This document shows, in pieces, positions 39,514-49,613 of a stretch of DNA of 64,000 nt; the first letter of the stretch is position 1; every line of letters starts with the position of its first letter. The position numbers and the translations under genes are program-made. A model generated the notes under the pieces. That model was not told the origin of the DNA, did not search any database, and worked only from the letters and a program-made list of their open reading frames with translations. Source of the DNA: an uncultured Melioribacteraceae bacterium (GTDB lineage Bacteria > Bacteroidota > Ignavibacteria > Ignavibacteriales > Melioribacteraceae); assembly GCA_964573255.1 (NCBI GenBank), contig CAZNJB010000021.1, positions 2,098 through 66,097 of the forward strand. Reading direction: 5' to 3'.

Positions 39514-40399
39514 CAAACTCCATCAGTTTTTCAATAAACTTATCAACTATTATATCCGGAACACCGTCATAATGTTTTGATTGTTTTCTGAAATCACAAG
39601 GATCATTTACAAAATCTATGGTGTAATATTTCCCGTCATTTCCAATCGTTATTTCGGTCGAAAAATAATTTAGCTTACAAATCTGTGCGATAGATTTTGT
39701 AATATCGATAATAATATCATAATCAACATTGGGGAGGTTTCTAAAGGGAATTTTATCGTATATTTTTTTATCATCATCCCACTGAACAACCATTACCTCA
39801 TCGAAAAGAAAGAAGGCACGGAACCAGGCTTTGTATCCGTCAATATATTTACTCTCAATTTTCTTCTGAATTAAGTAACGGTCATCGTATAATTCTTTAC
39901 GCTGGTTTTGAATATCTTCAAGCGAAAAACAATTAACATTTGTACTTTCTCCGCCTCCGGTATAATAAGCAGGCTTTGTAACGAAAGGTTTACCGAGTTT
40001 TTCAATATCGGAAATATTCAAATTTATCTCTTCCTGCACTTCATAAGGAGGAAGTATCATAGTATCTGGAACAAGAATATTTTTTTCGATTAGTTTAGGA
40101 AGAATTTCCGCCTTATCGATTGCCGAATCGATTAAATGGTGGTGATTAATTATTCTGCTTCCGGAATTGATTATTGCTTCTGCCAGCGGTTCGAAATTCT
40201 CATCCTCATCAGTTGCTCTATCCAAAAAACATCTGAATTCAATATCTTTGTCTTGAACTTTATCTAATATTTGTTGTATAATGCCCTTATGGATAATAAA
40301 CGTTGTTAGTCCCGATGATTGGAATTTATTTTCAATATCATGAACTAATTCTTCGTCATAAATCCATTTATAAGCAATAGCGAGATCAAATTTTTGCAT
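39503..40399 (-). CDS. ATP-grasp-fold protein (RimK/glutathione-synthetase-like), substrate unknown
   Basis: LGKPFVTKPAYYTGGGESTNV and a YLIQKKI..., FSTEITI...DFVNDP pattern typical of ATP-grasp. Its 3' end overlaps the rsgA 3' end by 11 nt (convergent). Confidence 0.55.
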   Translation of the reverse strand: MQKFDLAIAYKWIYDEELVHDIENKFQSSGLTTFIIHKGIIQQILDKVQDKDIEFRCFLDRATDEDENFEPLAEAIINSGSRIINHHHLIDSAIDKAEILPKLIEKNILVPDTMILPPYEVQEEINLNISDIEKLGKPFVTKPAYYTGGGESTNVNCFSLEDIQNQRKELYDDRYLIQKKIESKYIDGYKAWFRAFFLFDEVMVVQWDDDKKIYDKIPFRNLPNVDYDIIIDITKSIAQICKLNYFSTEITIGNDGKYYTIDFVNDPCDFRKQSKHYDGVPDIIVDKFIEKLMEFVKN

Positions 40400-40483
40400 A
40401 GTTTATCCGAAAAATAATTGCAAAAATAGATATTTAGTTTACTGTATCAAATCATTATCTTTTAATACAAAAAATAGATTTAT

Positions 40484-42280
40484 ATGAAAATAAGAATTTT
40501 AATAAATATAATCGTTGCAGGAATTCTTATATCTGCTTGTTCGGTAAGTGAACATACAGTTAAGAAGGATAGTACCTATCAGAGAACCAAAAATGAAAAA
40601 GCCGCAATGGAGCATTTCCTAAAAGGGAATATTGCGGAAAGTAAAGGTCAAATACCAGAAGCTATATTAGAATATCAGGATGCTTTACGTTTCGATTCAA
40701 GTGCCGGCATATTTTATTCGTTGGGAAAGGCTTATTTCAAATTGAATAAACTTGCGAATGCTCTCGAACACGGTAAACAAGCGATTAAATTAGAACCGGA
40801 AAATCTGGAATACTATAAATTAGTTGCGAATATATATACCGTTGCTCATAATCTGGATTCCGCAATTGCGATGTACAACAAAATCCTTTCAATCGATTCA
40901 ACGGAAACGGAAGCATTATATAATTTAGGTCGTATATATAAATATGATAAACCGTTAAAAGCTTTAGAAATATTCAACAAAGCATTAGATATTGTCGGAC
41001 CTAATTGGTCCATTCTAGTTGAAATAGCTGAACTAAATGAGCGATTGGGGAATGTTGATGCTACAATTAATAGTATCGAAAAATTATTGGAATTGAATCC
41101 GGCGGAAATTAAACTCCAAAAACTATTGATTGAATCATATATGAAAGCAAACAGGTTGGATGATGCATTATCTTTAACCGAACAAGCACTCACAACATTC
41201 CCTGATGATTTAAATTTGATTGAATACAAAGCAAACATTTTACTTGCTAAGGGTGATAAATCGGAAGCTGGGAAAGAATATGGTAAAATCATTGAAAGTA
41301 ATGAAATACCTTTTGATTCAAAAATAAAAATTGCCGCGATGTTTTTGACTAATGAAAGTGATTCACTTTCAGTGGAAACGGCAAAAAATCTTTTCAATTT
41401 AATTGCAAAGGATTCCGTTAATTGGCAAGTGAATGTATATCTGGGTGAAATAGCCATTAAACAAAATGACGATTCATCCGCAGTTAAGTATTTATTATTA
41501 GCTGCCGATGAAGCTCCTTGGAATGCGCAAATCTGGGGGAGGCTAGCCGAGCGGTTATTTTTTATGGGAGAGAACCAAAAAATAATCGAAAAGATTGGTC
41601 CGGTGATAGACGATTTCCCCGATGATTTTTTCTTACATCTGATTTTGGGATTAGCCAATTCAAATGAAGGTAAAGATGAAATAGCGGAAACATATTTAAT
41701 GAAAGCCGTAGAATTGAATCCGAATGATCCCATTGCATTATCGTCCTTAGGTTTTTCATTAAATCAATTAAAAAAAGCTGATGAAGCACTTTATTATTTG
41801 AACAGGGCAAAAAAAATTAATCCGAAAGATTTGCAAGTATGGACTTTACTCGGAATAATTTACAATGCTAAAAAACAATTTGATAAGAGCGATGAAGCTT
41901 ACGAACGTGCATTGGAAATTGATTCTACTAATGCTTTAGTGTTAAATAATTATGCATACTCTTTAGCCGAAAGAGGAATTCAGTTGGAAAGAGCGGAAAG
42001 GATGTCTCGCTTATCATTGGAAACAGAACCGGATAATTCTTCATATTTGGATACTTACGGATGGATTCTTTATCGTCTTGGCAAATACGAAGAAGCACTT
42101 GAATATATTAATAAAGCTATTGGGAAAGAGGAGAAGAATTCAACCCTGTTAGATCATTTGGGTGATGTTTATTTTAAATTGAATCAAATAGACAAGGCGA
42201 TTATGTATTGGAATAAAGCACTCGAGCACGATAAAAACAACACGGAAATTCAGAAAAAAATCGAGGAAGCCTCACTTTGA
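40484..42280 (+). CDS. TPR-repeat lipoprotein
   Basis: Lipobox LISACS. About 14 or more 34-aa TPR-like repeats, with the A..Y..AL..DP.N pattern throughout. Confidence 0.85.
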   Translation: MKIRILINIIVAGILISACSVSEHTVKKDSTYQRTKNEKAAMEHFLKGNIAESKGQIPEAILEYQDALRFDSSAGIFYSLGKAYFKLNKLANALEHGKQAIKLEPENLEYYKLVANIYTVAHNLDSAIAMYNKILSIDSTETEALYNLGRIYKYDKPLKALEIFNKALDIVGPNWSILVEIAELNERLGNVDATINSIEKLLELNPAEIKLQKLLIESYMKANRLDDALSLTEQALTTFPDDLNLIEYKANILLAKGDKSEAGKEYGKIIESNEIPFDSKIKIAAMFLTNESDSLSVETAKNLFNLIAKDSVNWQVNVYLGEIAIKQNDDSSAVKYLLLAADEAPWNAQIWGRLAERLFFMGENQKIIEKIGPVIDDFPDDFFLHLILGLANSNEGKDEIAETYLMKAVELNPNDPIALSSLGFSLNQLKKADEALYYLNRAKKINPKDLQVWTLLGIIYNAKKQFDKSDEAYERALEIDSTNALVLNNYAYSLAERGIQLERAERMSRLSLETEPDNSSYLDTYGWILYRLGKYEEALEYINKAIGKEEKNSTLLDHLGDVYFKLNQIDKAIMYWNKALEHDKNNTEIQKKIEEASL

Positions 42281-43053
42281 AAAAAATATTCAGTTTAATT
42301 GCGTTAATCATTTTACCAATATTGTTTAATGCTTGTTCAACGCCTCAGCCGGTAATTAAAAAGGAAAAAATTATTCCTGTTGATAGAATATTAAAAAGGA
42401 TAGAAGCAAATAGACGAAAGGTAAAATCTTTTTACGGTACCGGTGTTCTAAAAATTGAGAGCAATAAATTTAGTGCTACGGCAAATTTTGAAGTGGTTAT
42501 CAAAAAACCGGATTCAATAAAGATATCGGTTTTCGGTCCTTTTGGTTTGGATGTAGGGGAAATATTGCTGACAGGAGATGGCTATTTATTTTATGATGCA
42601 TTCAGAAATATATTGTATTCCGGCAAGGATAAGACTGATATCTTAGACAAGCTATTTAAAGTAAATTTTAATTTTAATGATGTTTTCGATGCTTTTGCCG
42701 GTTCTGTAAATTTATCGGATAAGCTGAATGCCTTGCCGTACAAAGCAGAAGAAAATGAATCGAATTATTTTTTCACCTACACTAATGAGTCGATACGAAC
42801 TGTTTATCAAATTGATAAGAAAGAATTATTTATAACTAATTACACTCTTTATGATGGTGAAAAAAAGGAAATAATCAGTAAGTATGAGGACTTTTCTAAG
42901 ATAGACGGAGTAGTGGTTCCTTATAAAATCAATATAAAATATCCCAAGGAAGAAGCTTCAATAAATATTGATTACCGTGAAATTAAGGTGAATAAAATAA
43001 ATTACAACCTAATTTTAGATGTTCCACAAGATGTTAAAAGAATAAATCTGTGA
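42277..43053 (+). CDS. LolA/LolB-fold-like lipoprotein (DUF4292-like)
   Basis: The TTG start overlaps the upstream TGA. Lipobox LFNACS. The size and position after a TPR gene and before an M23 gene match what I recall from Bacteroidota genomes. Confidence 0.5.
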   Translation: MKKIFSLIALIILPILFNACSTPQPVIKKEKIIPVDRILKRIEANRRKVKSFYGTGVLKIESNKFSATANFEVVIKKPDSIKISVFGPFGLDVGEILLTGDGYLFYDAFRNILYSGKDKTDILDKLFKVNFNFNDVFDAFAGSVNLSDKLNALPYKAEENESNYFFTYTNESIRTVYQIDKKELFITNYTLYDGEKKEIISKYEDFSKIDGVVVPYKINIKYPKEEASINIDYREIKVNKINYNLILDVPQDVKRINL

Positions 43054-44249
43054 AACTATTACTAAATATAATTTTTTTATTGAGTTTGTCACTTAATGTA
43101 ACAGCTCAATCAAATAAACAAATTGAAAAAGAGAGCTCACGTTTGTCTTCGCTCCGCAAATCAATTGACAAATTGGAAGCGGAGATTTTAAAGAATGATA
43201 AGAATCAAAAGAATTCGGTAAAATTTCTTCAGAATATTGATGAAAAAATACTCCTGCTTAATGATTACATTAGAGAACTTGAAAAAGAGGAAAGAAGGAT
43301 AAGCAGAAATGTTAAGGTTCTTGAAAAGAAAATCAAAGAAAATGAAAATGAAATAATTAAGCTCAAGAATAATTTTACGAAGTTAGTAATTTGGTATTAT
43401 AAATATGGTCAGCAATCTGAGTTTGACCTTTTACTTACTTCAGGGACTATGAATGATGCAATGTCCAAAATTAAATATCTGAAAATTATCAGTGAAGAAA
43501 CTAAGAAGACAATTATAAATTTAAGGAAAAAAAGAAAACAATTAACCAGCGATAAAAATAAATTAGTTTTAGAAAAAAAAGGACAGCAACGATTACTTGC
43601 TTCAAAAAAGAAAGAAAAAAAGATTCTACTGAGGAGCAAAGCTGAGAGGAAAAAACTATTAGCGAAATTACGGAAGAATAAGAATTCGTTACTGGTAGAG
43701 CTTAAAAATAAAAGAAAAGCAGAACAAAAAATTGAAGAAAAAATTGCCGAGCTGATTAGAATTGAGAACGAGAGACTGGCAAATCAAAATGCAGCAAAAG
43801 AAGAACTTAAAGAGTTTGCAAATTATAACTTAAGTGAATTTGAGAATTTCAATGAACTTAGAGGCAGGTTAAATTGGCCTGTTAAGAAAGGGAAAATTAC
43901 CAGGAAATTCGGTAAACAGAGAAATCTAAAATTAAACACTACAACAATCAATTACGGAATTGATATTAAAACTGAGAGAAACTCACTTGTTAAAGCTGTT
44001 GCAGGAGGTGTCGTTTCGGTAATAGATTGGATACCAGGTTATGGAAGTGTTCTTATTTTGACTCATAAAAATGGTTACAGGACTGTTTACGGCCATCTAA
44101 CAGATATACAAGTTGTGCAAGGTGATAAAGTAAATGCAGGTATAATATTAGGCAAAGTAAATGAAAGTTTGGAGGGAAATATTCTTCATTTCGAAATATG
44201 GAAACAAAGACAAAATCAGAATCCAGAGAAATGGTTGGTGAGAAAGTAA
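43050..44249 (+). CDS. Coiled-coil M23 peptidase (EnvC-like murein hydrolase or activator)
   Basis: The GTG start overlaps the upstream TGA. Signal peptide, a ~230-aa Lys/Glu coiled coil, and a C-terminal LytM domain (GIDIKTE..., YGHLTDIQVVQGDKV, LHFEIW). Confidence 0.85.
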   Translation: MKLLLNIIFLLSLSLNVTAQSNKQIEKESSRLSSLRKSIDKLEAEILKNDKNQKNSVKFLQNIDEKILLLNDYIRELEKEERRISRNVKVLEKKIKENENEIIKLKNNFTKLVIWYYKYGQQSEFDLLLTSGTMNDAMSKIKYLKIISEETKKTIINLRKKRKQLTSDKNKLVLEKKGQQRLLASKKKEKKILLRSKAERKKLLAKLRKNKNSLLVELKNKRKAEQKIEEKIAELIRIENERLANQNAAKEELKEFANYNLSEFENFNELRGRLNWPVKKGKITRKFGKQRNLKLNTTTINYGIDIKTERNSLVKAVAGGVVSVIDWIPGYGSVLILTHKNGYRTVYGHLTDIQVVQGDKVNAGIILGKVNESLEGNILHFEIWKQRQNQNPEKWLVRK

Positions 44250-44263
44250 ATATTTAAAGTTCT

Positions 44264-45535
44264 ATGAGTCTTATCAATTCATTAATTAACAATAAAAAAC
44301 TTATCCATAATTTTACATCACTGACCATCCTTCAATTAACTAATTACCTTTTCCCATTGATAACTTTTCCGTATTTGGTAAGAGTATTAGGCTCGGAAGT
44401 ATACGGATTAGTAAGTTTTGCAATTGCTTTCGTTACTTATTTTATTGTTCTAACGGATTATGGATTCAATCTATCTGCAACTCAAGAAATTTCCATCCAC
44501 AGAAATAATGAAAATAAAAAAAGGGAAATATTTTCTTCGGTATTGATAATTAAACTGGGACTATTCCTTCTTAGCGGATTGCTCTATTCATTGATTGTAC
44601 TTAGTTTTAAAAAATTTCAAGTCGATTCCGATCTTTATTTTTTATCCTTTATGTTAGTGCTGGGTTCGGTTCTTTCGCCGAATTGGTTTTTTAAAGGATT
44701 GGAAGAGATGAAGATTATTACGATCATTACTTTTGTTGTAAAAGTCATATGGGTTATTTCTGTATTTGTTTTTATTAAATCGGAAAAAGATTATTTATTG
44801 TTTATCATCCTAAACGGGATTGCCGCAATATTGAACGGAGTTTTGGGAATATTAATAATTTATTTTAAATACGGAGTGAGATTAGTTTTTCCAACCCTAT
44901 CCGAAATAAAACATCAGTTAATTGAAGGATGGTATTTATTTGCCTCGAGCGCTTCAATTACTTTGTATACTACTTCAAATATATTCATACTCGGTTTATT
45001 CGCCGGGAATGATATCGTGGGATATTTTGCCGCAGCGGATAAAATTCGTCTGGCGGTGCAAGGCCTCTTTGAAAATGCTTCTCAAACAATATTCCCTCAT
45101 TTAGCAAAGCTGTTTAATGAATCAAAAGCTCAAGCAGTGAGTTTTGTGAAAAAATATATCTTTATTATCTTGTCCATTGCATTCATTTTAACATTTATTT
45201 TGCTAGTGTTTTCAAGAGAATTGATTTTATTGGTTTTAGGCTCAAGTTATTTGCCAGCTTTAACGGTCTTTCGCATAATTATATTCCTTCCGTTAATTAT
45301 ACTTTTGAGTAACATATTTGGAATTCAAGTAATGTTGAATTTGGGATACAAAAAAGAATTCTTCAAAATCATTTTTTTAGCGGGAATTATTAATTTACTC
45401 ATCTCTTTTCTAGTCATTCCAGTTTATTATGAAATCGGAACGGCCCTATCCATTGTTATTAGCGAAGTATTTGTAACGGCTGCTTTTATTCATTTTGTGA
45501 AAAAGAAAAAATTACTGAAATTAAATATTATATGA
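44264..45535 (+). CDS. wzx: MOP-superfamily polysaccharide flippase (Wzx-like)
   Basis: 423 aa with ~12 TM segments and an N-terminal LTILQLTNYLFPLITFPYLVRVLG motif. Confidence 0.75.
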   Translation: MSLINSLINNKKLIHNFTSLTILQLTNYLFPLITFPYLVRVLGSEVYGLVSFAIAFVTYFIVLTDYGFNLSATQEISIHRNNENKKREIFSSVLIIKLGLFLLSGLLYSLIVLSFKKFQVDSDLYFLSFMLVLGSVLSPNWFFKGLEEMKIITIITFVVKVIWVISVFVFIKSEKDYLLFIILNGIAAILNGVLGILIIYFKYGVRLVFPTLSEIKHQLIEGWYLFASSASITLYTTSNIFILGLFAGNDIVGYFAAADKIRLAVQGLFENASQTIFPHLAKLFNESKAQAVSFVKKYIFIILSIAFILTFILLVFSRELILLVLGSSYLPALTVFRIIIFLPLIILLSNIFGIQVMLNLGYKKEFFKIIFLAGIINLLISFLVIPVYYEIGTALSIVISEVFVTAAFIHFVKKKKLLKLNII

Positions 45536-45601
45536 TTTAATCACCCAATTAGTGTTAATCGTAGTATAGTTAAAAATGGAAACTTTTTGTGAGCGCTAAT
45601 T

Positions 45602-46702
45602 ATGCAGCAATATGATTATTTAATCGTGGGAGCTGGTTTTGCCGGTGCTGTGCTGGCAGAGAGGCTTGCTACACAGATGAATAAAAAAGTGATCATTGTG
45701 GAAAAGAGGAACCACATTGGAGGGAATGCTTATGATGAGTTTGATGATCATGGAATTCTTGTCCATCGATACGGACCGCACATTTTTCATACAAACAGTA
45801 AAAAAGTTTTTGATTATTTATCCCAGTTTACTGAATGGTCTTTTTATGAACACAAAGTTTTAGCAAAATTAAACGGTGAATATTATCCCATCCCAATCAA
45901 TCGGACAACCATTAACAAATTATATAATTTGAATCTCAAAAATGATGAAGAAACTGCTTTGTTTTTTGCTTCTGTTTGTTCTAAAAGATTCCCGATTAGA
46001 AACTCGGAAGATATAATTGTAAGTAAAGTTGGTAAAGATTTATATGAAAAGTTTTTTAAGTTTTACACTAAAAAGCAATGGGGAATAGATCCGAAAGAGT
46101 TATCTCCCTCAGTGTGCGGAAGAATACCAATAAGAACAAACAATGATGATCGTTATTTTGATGATAAATATCAGTACATGCCTAAAAATGGATTTACAAA
46201 GATGTTCGAAAAGATGTTATCTCATAAAAATATAGAAATTATTCTTAATAGCGATTATAAAACACTGGAGAAAGATCTTCTCTTTGACAGGATGATTTAT
46301 ACCGGTCCGATTGATTACTTCTTCGATTACGAATTTGGGAAGTTACCTTACAGGTCAATCAAATTTGAATATGAACATTTTAATAAAGATTATTATTTAC
46401 CGGCATCACAAATAAATTTTGTGGATGAAAGTATTCCATACACAAGAGTTGTAGAGCATAAAAGAATAACTCTTACTAGTAATAATGGAACAACTATTAG
46501 TTATGAATATCCAAATCAATCTGGTGACCCATATTATCCGATACCTACCGAGAGTAATTATGAATTATTTAAGAAATACTGGTCAAGAGCAGAAAATTTA
46601 CGAAACGTAATATTTTGCGGAAGATTAGCTGAATATAAATATTATAATATGGATCAAGTAATAGGCAATGCATTGAATACATTTAGGAAATTATATGAAT
46701 GA
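45602..46702 (+). CDS. glf: UDP-galactopyranose mutase
   Basis: FAD fold YDYLIVGAGFAGAVLAERLA. Also HIGGNAYD, HRYGPHIFHT and GRLAEYKYYNMD motifs. Confidence 0.95.
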   Translation: MQQYDYLIVGAGFAGAVLAERLATQMNKKVIIVEKRNHIGGNAYDEFDDHGILVHRYGPHIFHTNSKKVFDYLSQFTEWSFYEHKVLAKLNGEYYPIPINRTTINKLYNLNLKNDEETALFFASVCSKRFPIRNSEDIIVSKVGKDLYEKFFKFYTKKQWGIDPKELSPSVCGRIPIRTNNDDRYFDDKYQYMPKNGFTKMFEKMLSHKNIEIILNSDYKTLEKDLLFDRMIYTGPIDYFFDYEFGKLPYRSIKFEYEHFNKDYYLPASQINFVDESIPYTRVVEHKRITLTSNNGTTISYEYPNQSGDPYYPIPTESNYELFKKYWSRAENLRNVIFCGRLAEYKYYNMDQVIGNALNTFRKLYE

Positions 46703-47603
46703 GCCATTAGTCAGCGTTAATATAATATCCTACAATCGTAAAAATGAGTTGAGATATACTCTGCAAAAGGTTTTTGCACAAGAATATAAAAATATTGAAG
46801 TGATAGTCGTTGATAATTCATCATCGGATGGTACGCAGGAAATGGTGACAAGAGAATTTCCAAATGTTAAGTTGATTCAAATGAATGATAATATTGGAAT
46901 ATCTGCTTGGAACAAAGGATTTGAGATATCGAATGGGGAATACATTTTAGTTTTAGATGATGATAGCTATCCTGAGAAAAATTCAATACAAAGAGCATTA
47001 GAAGTATTTAATGAAGACAATAAAATTGGTATAGTTGCATTTAATATTTACAATTCCAAATATGAATTTTATGAAACTCATAATTATCCAAGGAATATTA
47101 TCTCGTTTGTTGGGTGTGGTGCTTTGATAGATAGTAGGAAATTAAAAACAGTTGGCTTTTATGATGAAAATTTATTTATATATTTGAATGAGCTGGAATT
47201 ATCAGCAAGATTCTGGGACTATGGATTTAAAGTAGTATTCTGTAAAGAAGCAACTTGCATTCATAACCAAAGTTTAAAATCACGCGAAGTAAATAAAAAT
47301 CCATTTAGAAGCAGCTATAGATATAAACATTTCTTTTGGGGTATGAGTTATTTTATATTGACAAAAATAGATTTTCCAAATTCTTATTCCTCTCTCGTTA
47401 AATGGATTGTCAATAGATTTTTAATTTCAATACGATATTTATTTATAAAAGAATTTATGGTCGGGTGTTTTAATATTGTTCAAAAGTCATACATAATTAG
47501 GAAAAATCGAAAACCTTTAAAGAAAGAAGTTCAAGAATTTTACAGAAATGGGAATTTATTTGCTTGGATTGACAGAGACTATTTCCCAGAATTTAAGAAA
47601 TAA
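46695..47603 (+). CDS. GT2-family glycosyltransferase
   Basis: VSVNIISYNRKNEL...VVDNSSSDGT...LDDDS motifs. 8-nt overlap with glf. Confidence 0.85.
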   Translation: MNEPLVSVNIISYNRKNELRYTLQKVFAQEYKNIEVIVVDNSSSDGTQEMVTREFPNVKLIQMNDNIGISAWNKGFEISNGEYILVLDDDSYPEKNSIQRALEVFNEDNKIGIVAFNIYNSKYEFYETHNYPRNIISFVGCGALIDSRKLKTVGFYDENLFIYLNELELSARFWDYGFKVVFCKEATCIHNQSLKSREVNKNPFRSSYRYKHFFWGMSYFILTKIDFPNSYSSLVKWIVNRFLISIRYLFIKEFMVGCFNIVQKSYIIRKNRKPLKKEVQEFYRNGNLFAWIDRDYFPEFKK

Positions 47604-47611
47604 GCAGCGGG

Positions 47612-48727
47612 ATGTTTATAAAATATATCGAAAATATAATATCATATTTAATATTTAAACTGATGTATTTCTACTTCAGTAGAATGTCGACTCGCACTAC
47701 AATCAGGAATATATTGTTTGTTAATTTGGCTTTAATGGGGGATGTAATTTTATCATCTGTTATCTTTACCAATGATAACTTACTCGAGAAGGGCTACAGT
47801 TATTATTTTATAACATCAGAAAAATACAAAGAGATATTTCATGATTATAACGGAGTAATTAAACTAATTTTTATCAATAAGAGGAAATATAAATTTAATC
47901 TCCTTTATAGATTAAAACTGATTAAGCAATTAAAAGAATTGAGTTTTCATAAAATCTATAATTTGAATTTCACTAGAATATCCATTGACGATGAAATATC
48001 ATTGCTGCCGGGTATTAATAGTCAAACAATTACGTTTAAGAATAATCCCAATTTAAAGAGATTGCTTGGAAGTGCTTTCGACTCGAAGTACAGTGAATTA
48101 ATTGAACGGAACATTAATGAAGTATATATCTTTAATATCCTTTCTCTAACAAGGAATTTATTTATCAAGGAACCATCTGCAAAAACTAAAGTTTATTTTA
48201 AAAGTCAGAATACAGGAGTAAATAATTTTTTTATATCGGATTATTTTGTTGTAAATCCTTACTCATCAACAACAATAAAAAATTGGTCGTTAGAAAAATA
48301 TAAAACATTGATATATAAATTAACTGAAGAATTAAATCTATCCTGTGTAATACTTGGGGTAAATTATGATAATACTGAAGTATTACGGGGAGAGAAAGTT
48401 ATTAATAAGGTAAACAAAACAACGATCAGTGATAGTCTGAACATCATCGATAAATCTTTATTTTTTATCGGTAATGACAGTGGTTTGCTTCATGCAGCAA
48501 TAGCAATGAATAAATTATGTTTTGCCATTGTTGGTGGAGGTGTTTGGGGACAAATATATCCTTATCAAAAAAAAGATGTGAATTATTTTTATGAGAAAAT
48601 GGACTGTTTTAATTGCGGATGGGTTTGTAAGTATGAACAACCTCTATGTATTTACAACCTATCTGTAAACCAAGTATTTAATAGTATAATTAATAGTTTT
48701 TCAAATGATAGAAAGAGATGTATATAA
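47612..48727 (+). CDS. GT9-family (heptosyltransferase-like) glycosyltransferase
   Basis: ILFVNLALMGDVILSS near the N-terminus and IGNDSGLLHAAIAMN near the C-terminus. The true start may be an internal Met at about 47684. Confidence 0.7.
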   Translation: MFIKYIENIISYLIFKLMYFYFSRMSTRTTIRNILFVNLALMGDVILSSVIFTNDNLLEKGYSYYFITSEKYKEIFHDYNGVIKLIFINKRKYKFNLLYRLKLIKQLKELSFHKIYNLNFTRISIDDEISLLPGINSQTITFKNNPNLKRLLGSAFDSKYSELIERNINEVYIFNILSLTRNLFIKEPSAKTKVYFKSQNTGVNNFFISDYFVVNPYSSTTIKNWSLEKYKTLIYKLTEELNLSCVILGVNYDNTEVLRGEKVINKVNKTTISDSLNIIDKSLFFIGNDSGLLHAAIAMNKLCFAIVGGGVWGQIYPYQKKDVNYFYEKMDCFNCGWVCKYEQPLCIYNLSVNQVFNSIINSFSNDRKRCI

Positions 48728-49613
48728 ATTTTATGTCGTAGTAGTTCATTATGGTGACCCCGGTATAACCGATAAGTGTATTAAATCAATTCTGAGACAA
48801 AAGGAGTATATAGAAGAATTAGTCGTATCGGATAACAGCGGTAATTATTTGCCAATGCAGGGTACAGAGAACCTTATAAAAGTAATTGACAATCAAAGGA
48901 ATATTGGTTATGCTGCTGCTATAAATAAAGGGCTGGAATATGGGCGTGAGTTAAATGCCGAATATTATCTACTTCTTAACAATGACGTGATTCTTGAGGA
49001 TGATTTTTTCAAAAATATATGCCAAGAAATTGGGAACGATAAGTTGTTTATTGCTTCTCCTCGAATTCATTATTTACAAGATAAAAAAATAATATGGTAT
49101 AATGGGGGATATATAGATTATCTGAAGTTTGAAGGGGTACATAAAGACATTGATCGATATTCCAGTGAATGCACTATACCGGAAATAAAACAGGAAGTTA
49201 CTTTTATCTCTGGTGCCGTTTTTATCATTACTCTCGATGTGATAGAAAAAATTGGAATGATAGATGAAAAATATTTTCTTTATTATGAAGACTTAGATTT
49301 CTCATTGACAGCACTCAGGAATGGAATAAAACTTTTATATATCCCACAAGCAGTTGCTTATCATAATGTATCTAGTAATACAAAGCAAATGGATAGCTTC
49401 TTAAATTTCAAGAAAGAAATATATTATTACAGAATAAGGAACAAACTTTTAATTCTGTCAAAATACGGTAAAGAGTTATACCGACTATCGGGTATATTTT
49501 ATCTTAGTATTAAAATCCTAAAATATTTTATGCTCTTTATTCTTGTCGGAAAGTTTTCATATATAAAATTAATATTTAGAGGAATTTTTGATGCATTTTC
49601 GCTTGATAAATAA
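48705..49613 (+). CDS. GT2-family glycosyltransferase (rhamnosyltransferase-like)
   Basis: VVVVHYGDP...VSDNSG...NIGYAAAINKG...LLLNNDV and YYEDLDFS motifs. 23-nt overlap with the upstream gene. Confidence 0.8.
   Translation: MIERDVYKFYVVVVHYGDPGITDKCIKSILRQKEYIEELVVSDNSGNYLPMQGTENLIKVIDNQRNIGYAAAINKGLEYGRELNAEYYLLLNNDVILEDDFFKNICQEIGNDKLFIASPRIHYLQDKKIIWYNGGYIDYLKFEGVHKDIDRYSSECTIPEIKQEVTFISGAVFIITLDVIEKIGMIDEKYFLYYEDLDFSLTALRNGIKLLYIPQAVAYHNVSSNTKQMDSFLNFKKEIYYYRIRNKLLILSKYGKELYRLSGIFYLSIKILKYFMLFILVGKFSYIKLIFRGIFDAFSLDK

Noticed and set aside
40846-41733. 295-aa minus-strand ORF antisense to the TPR lipoprotein gene.
   Set aside because: Its composition is Ser/Phe/Ile-rich with no motifs, and it is fully embedded opposite a gene with clear TPR periodicity. 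This is a typical shadow ORF in AT-rich DNA.
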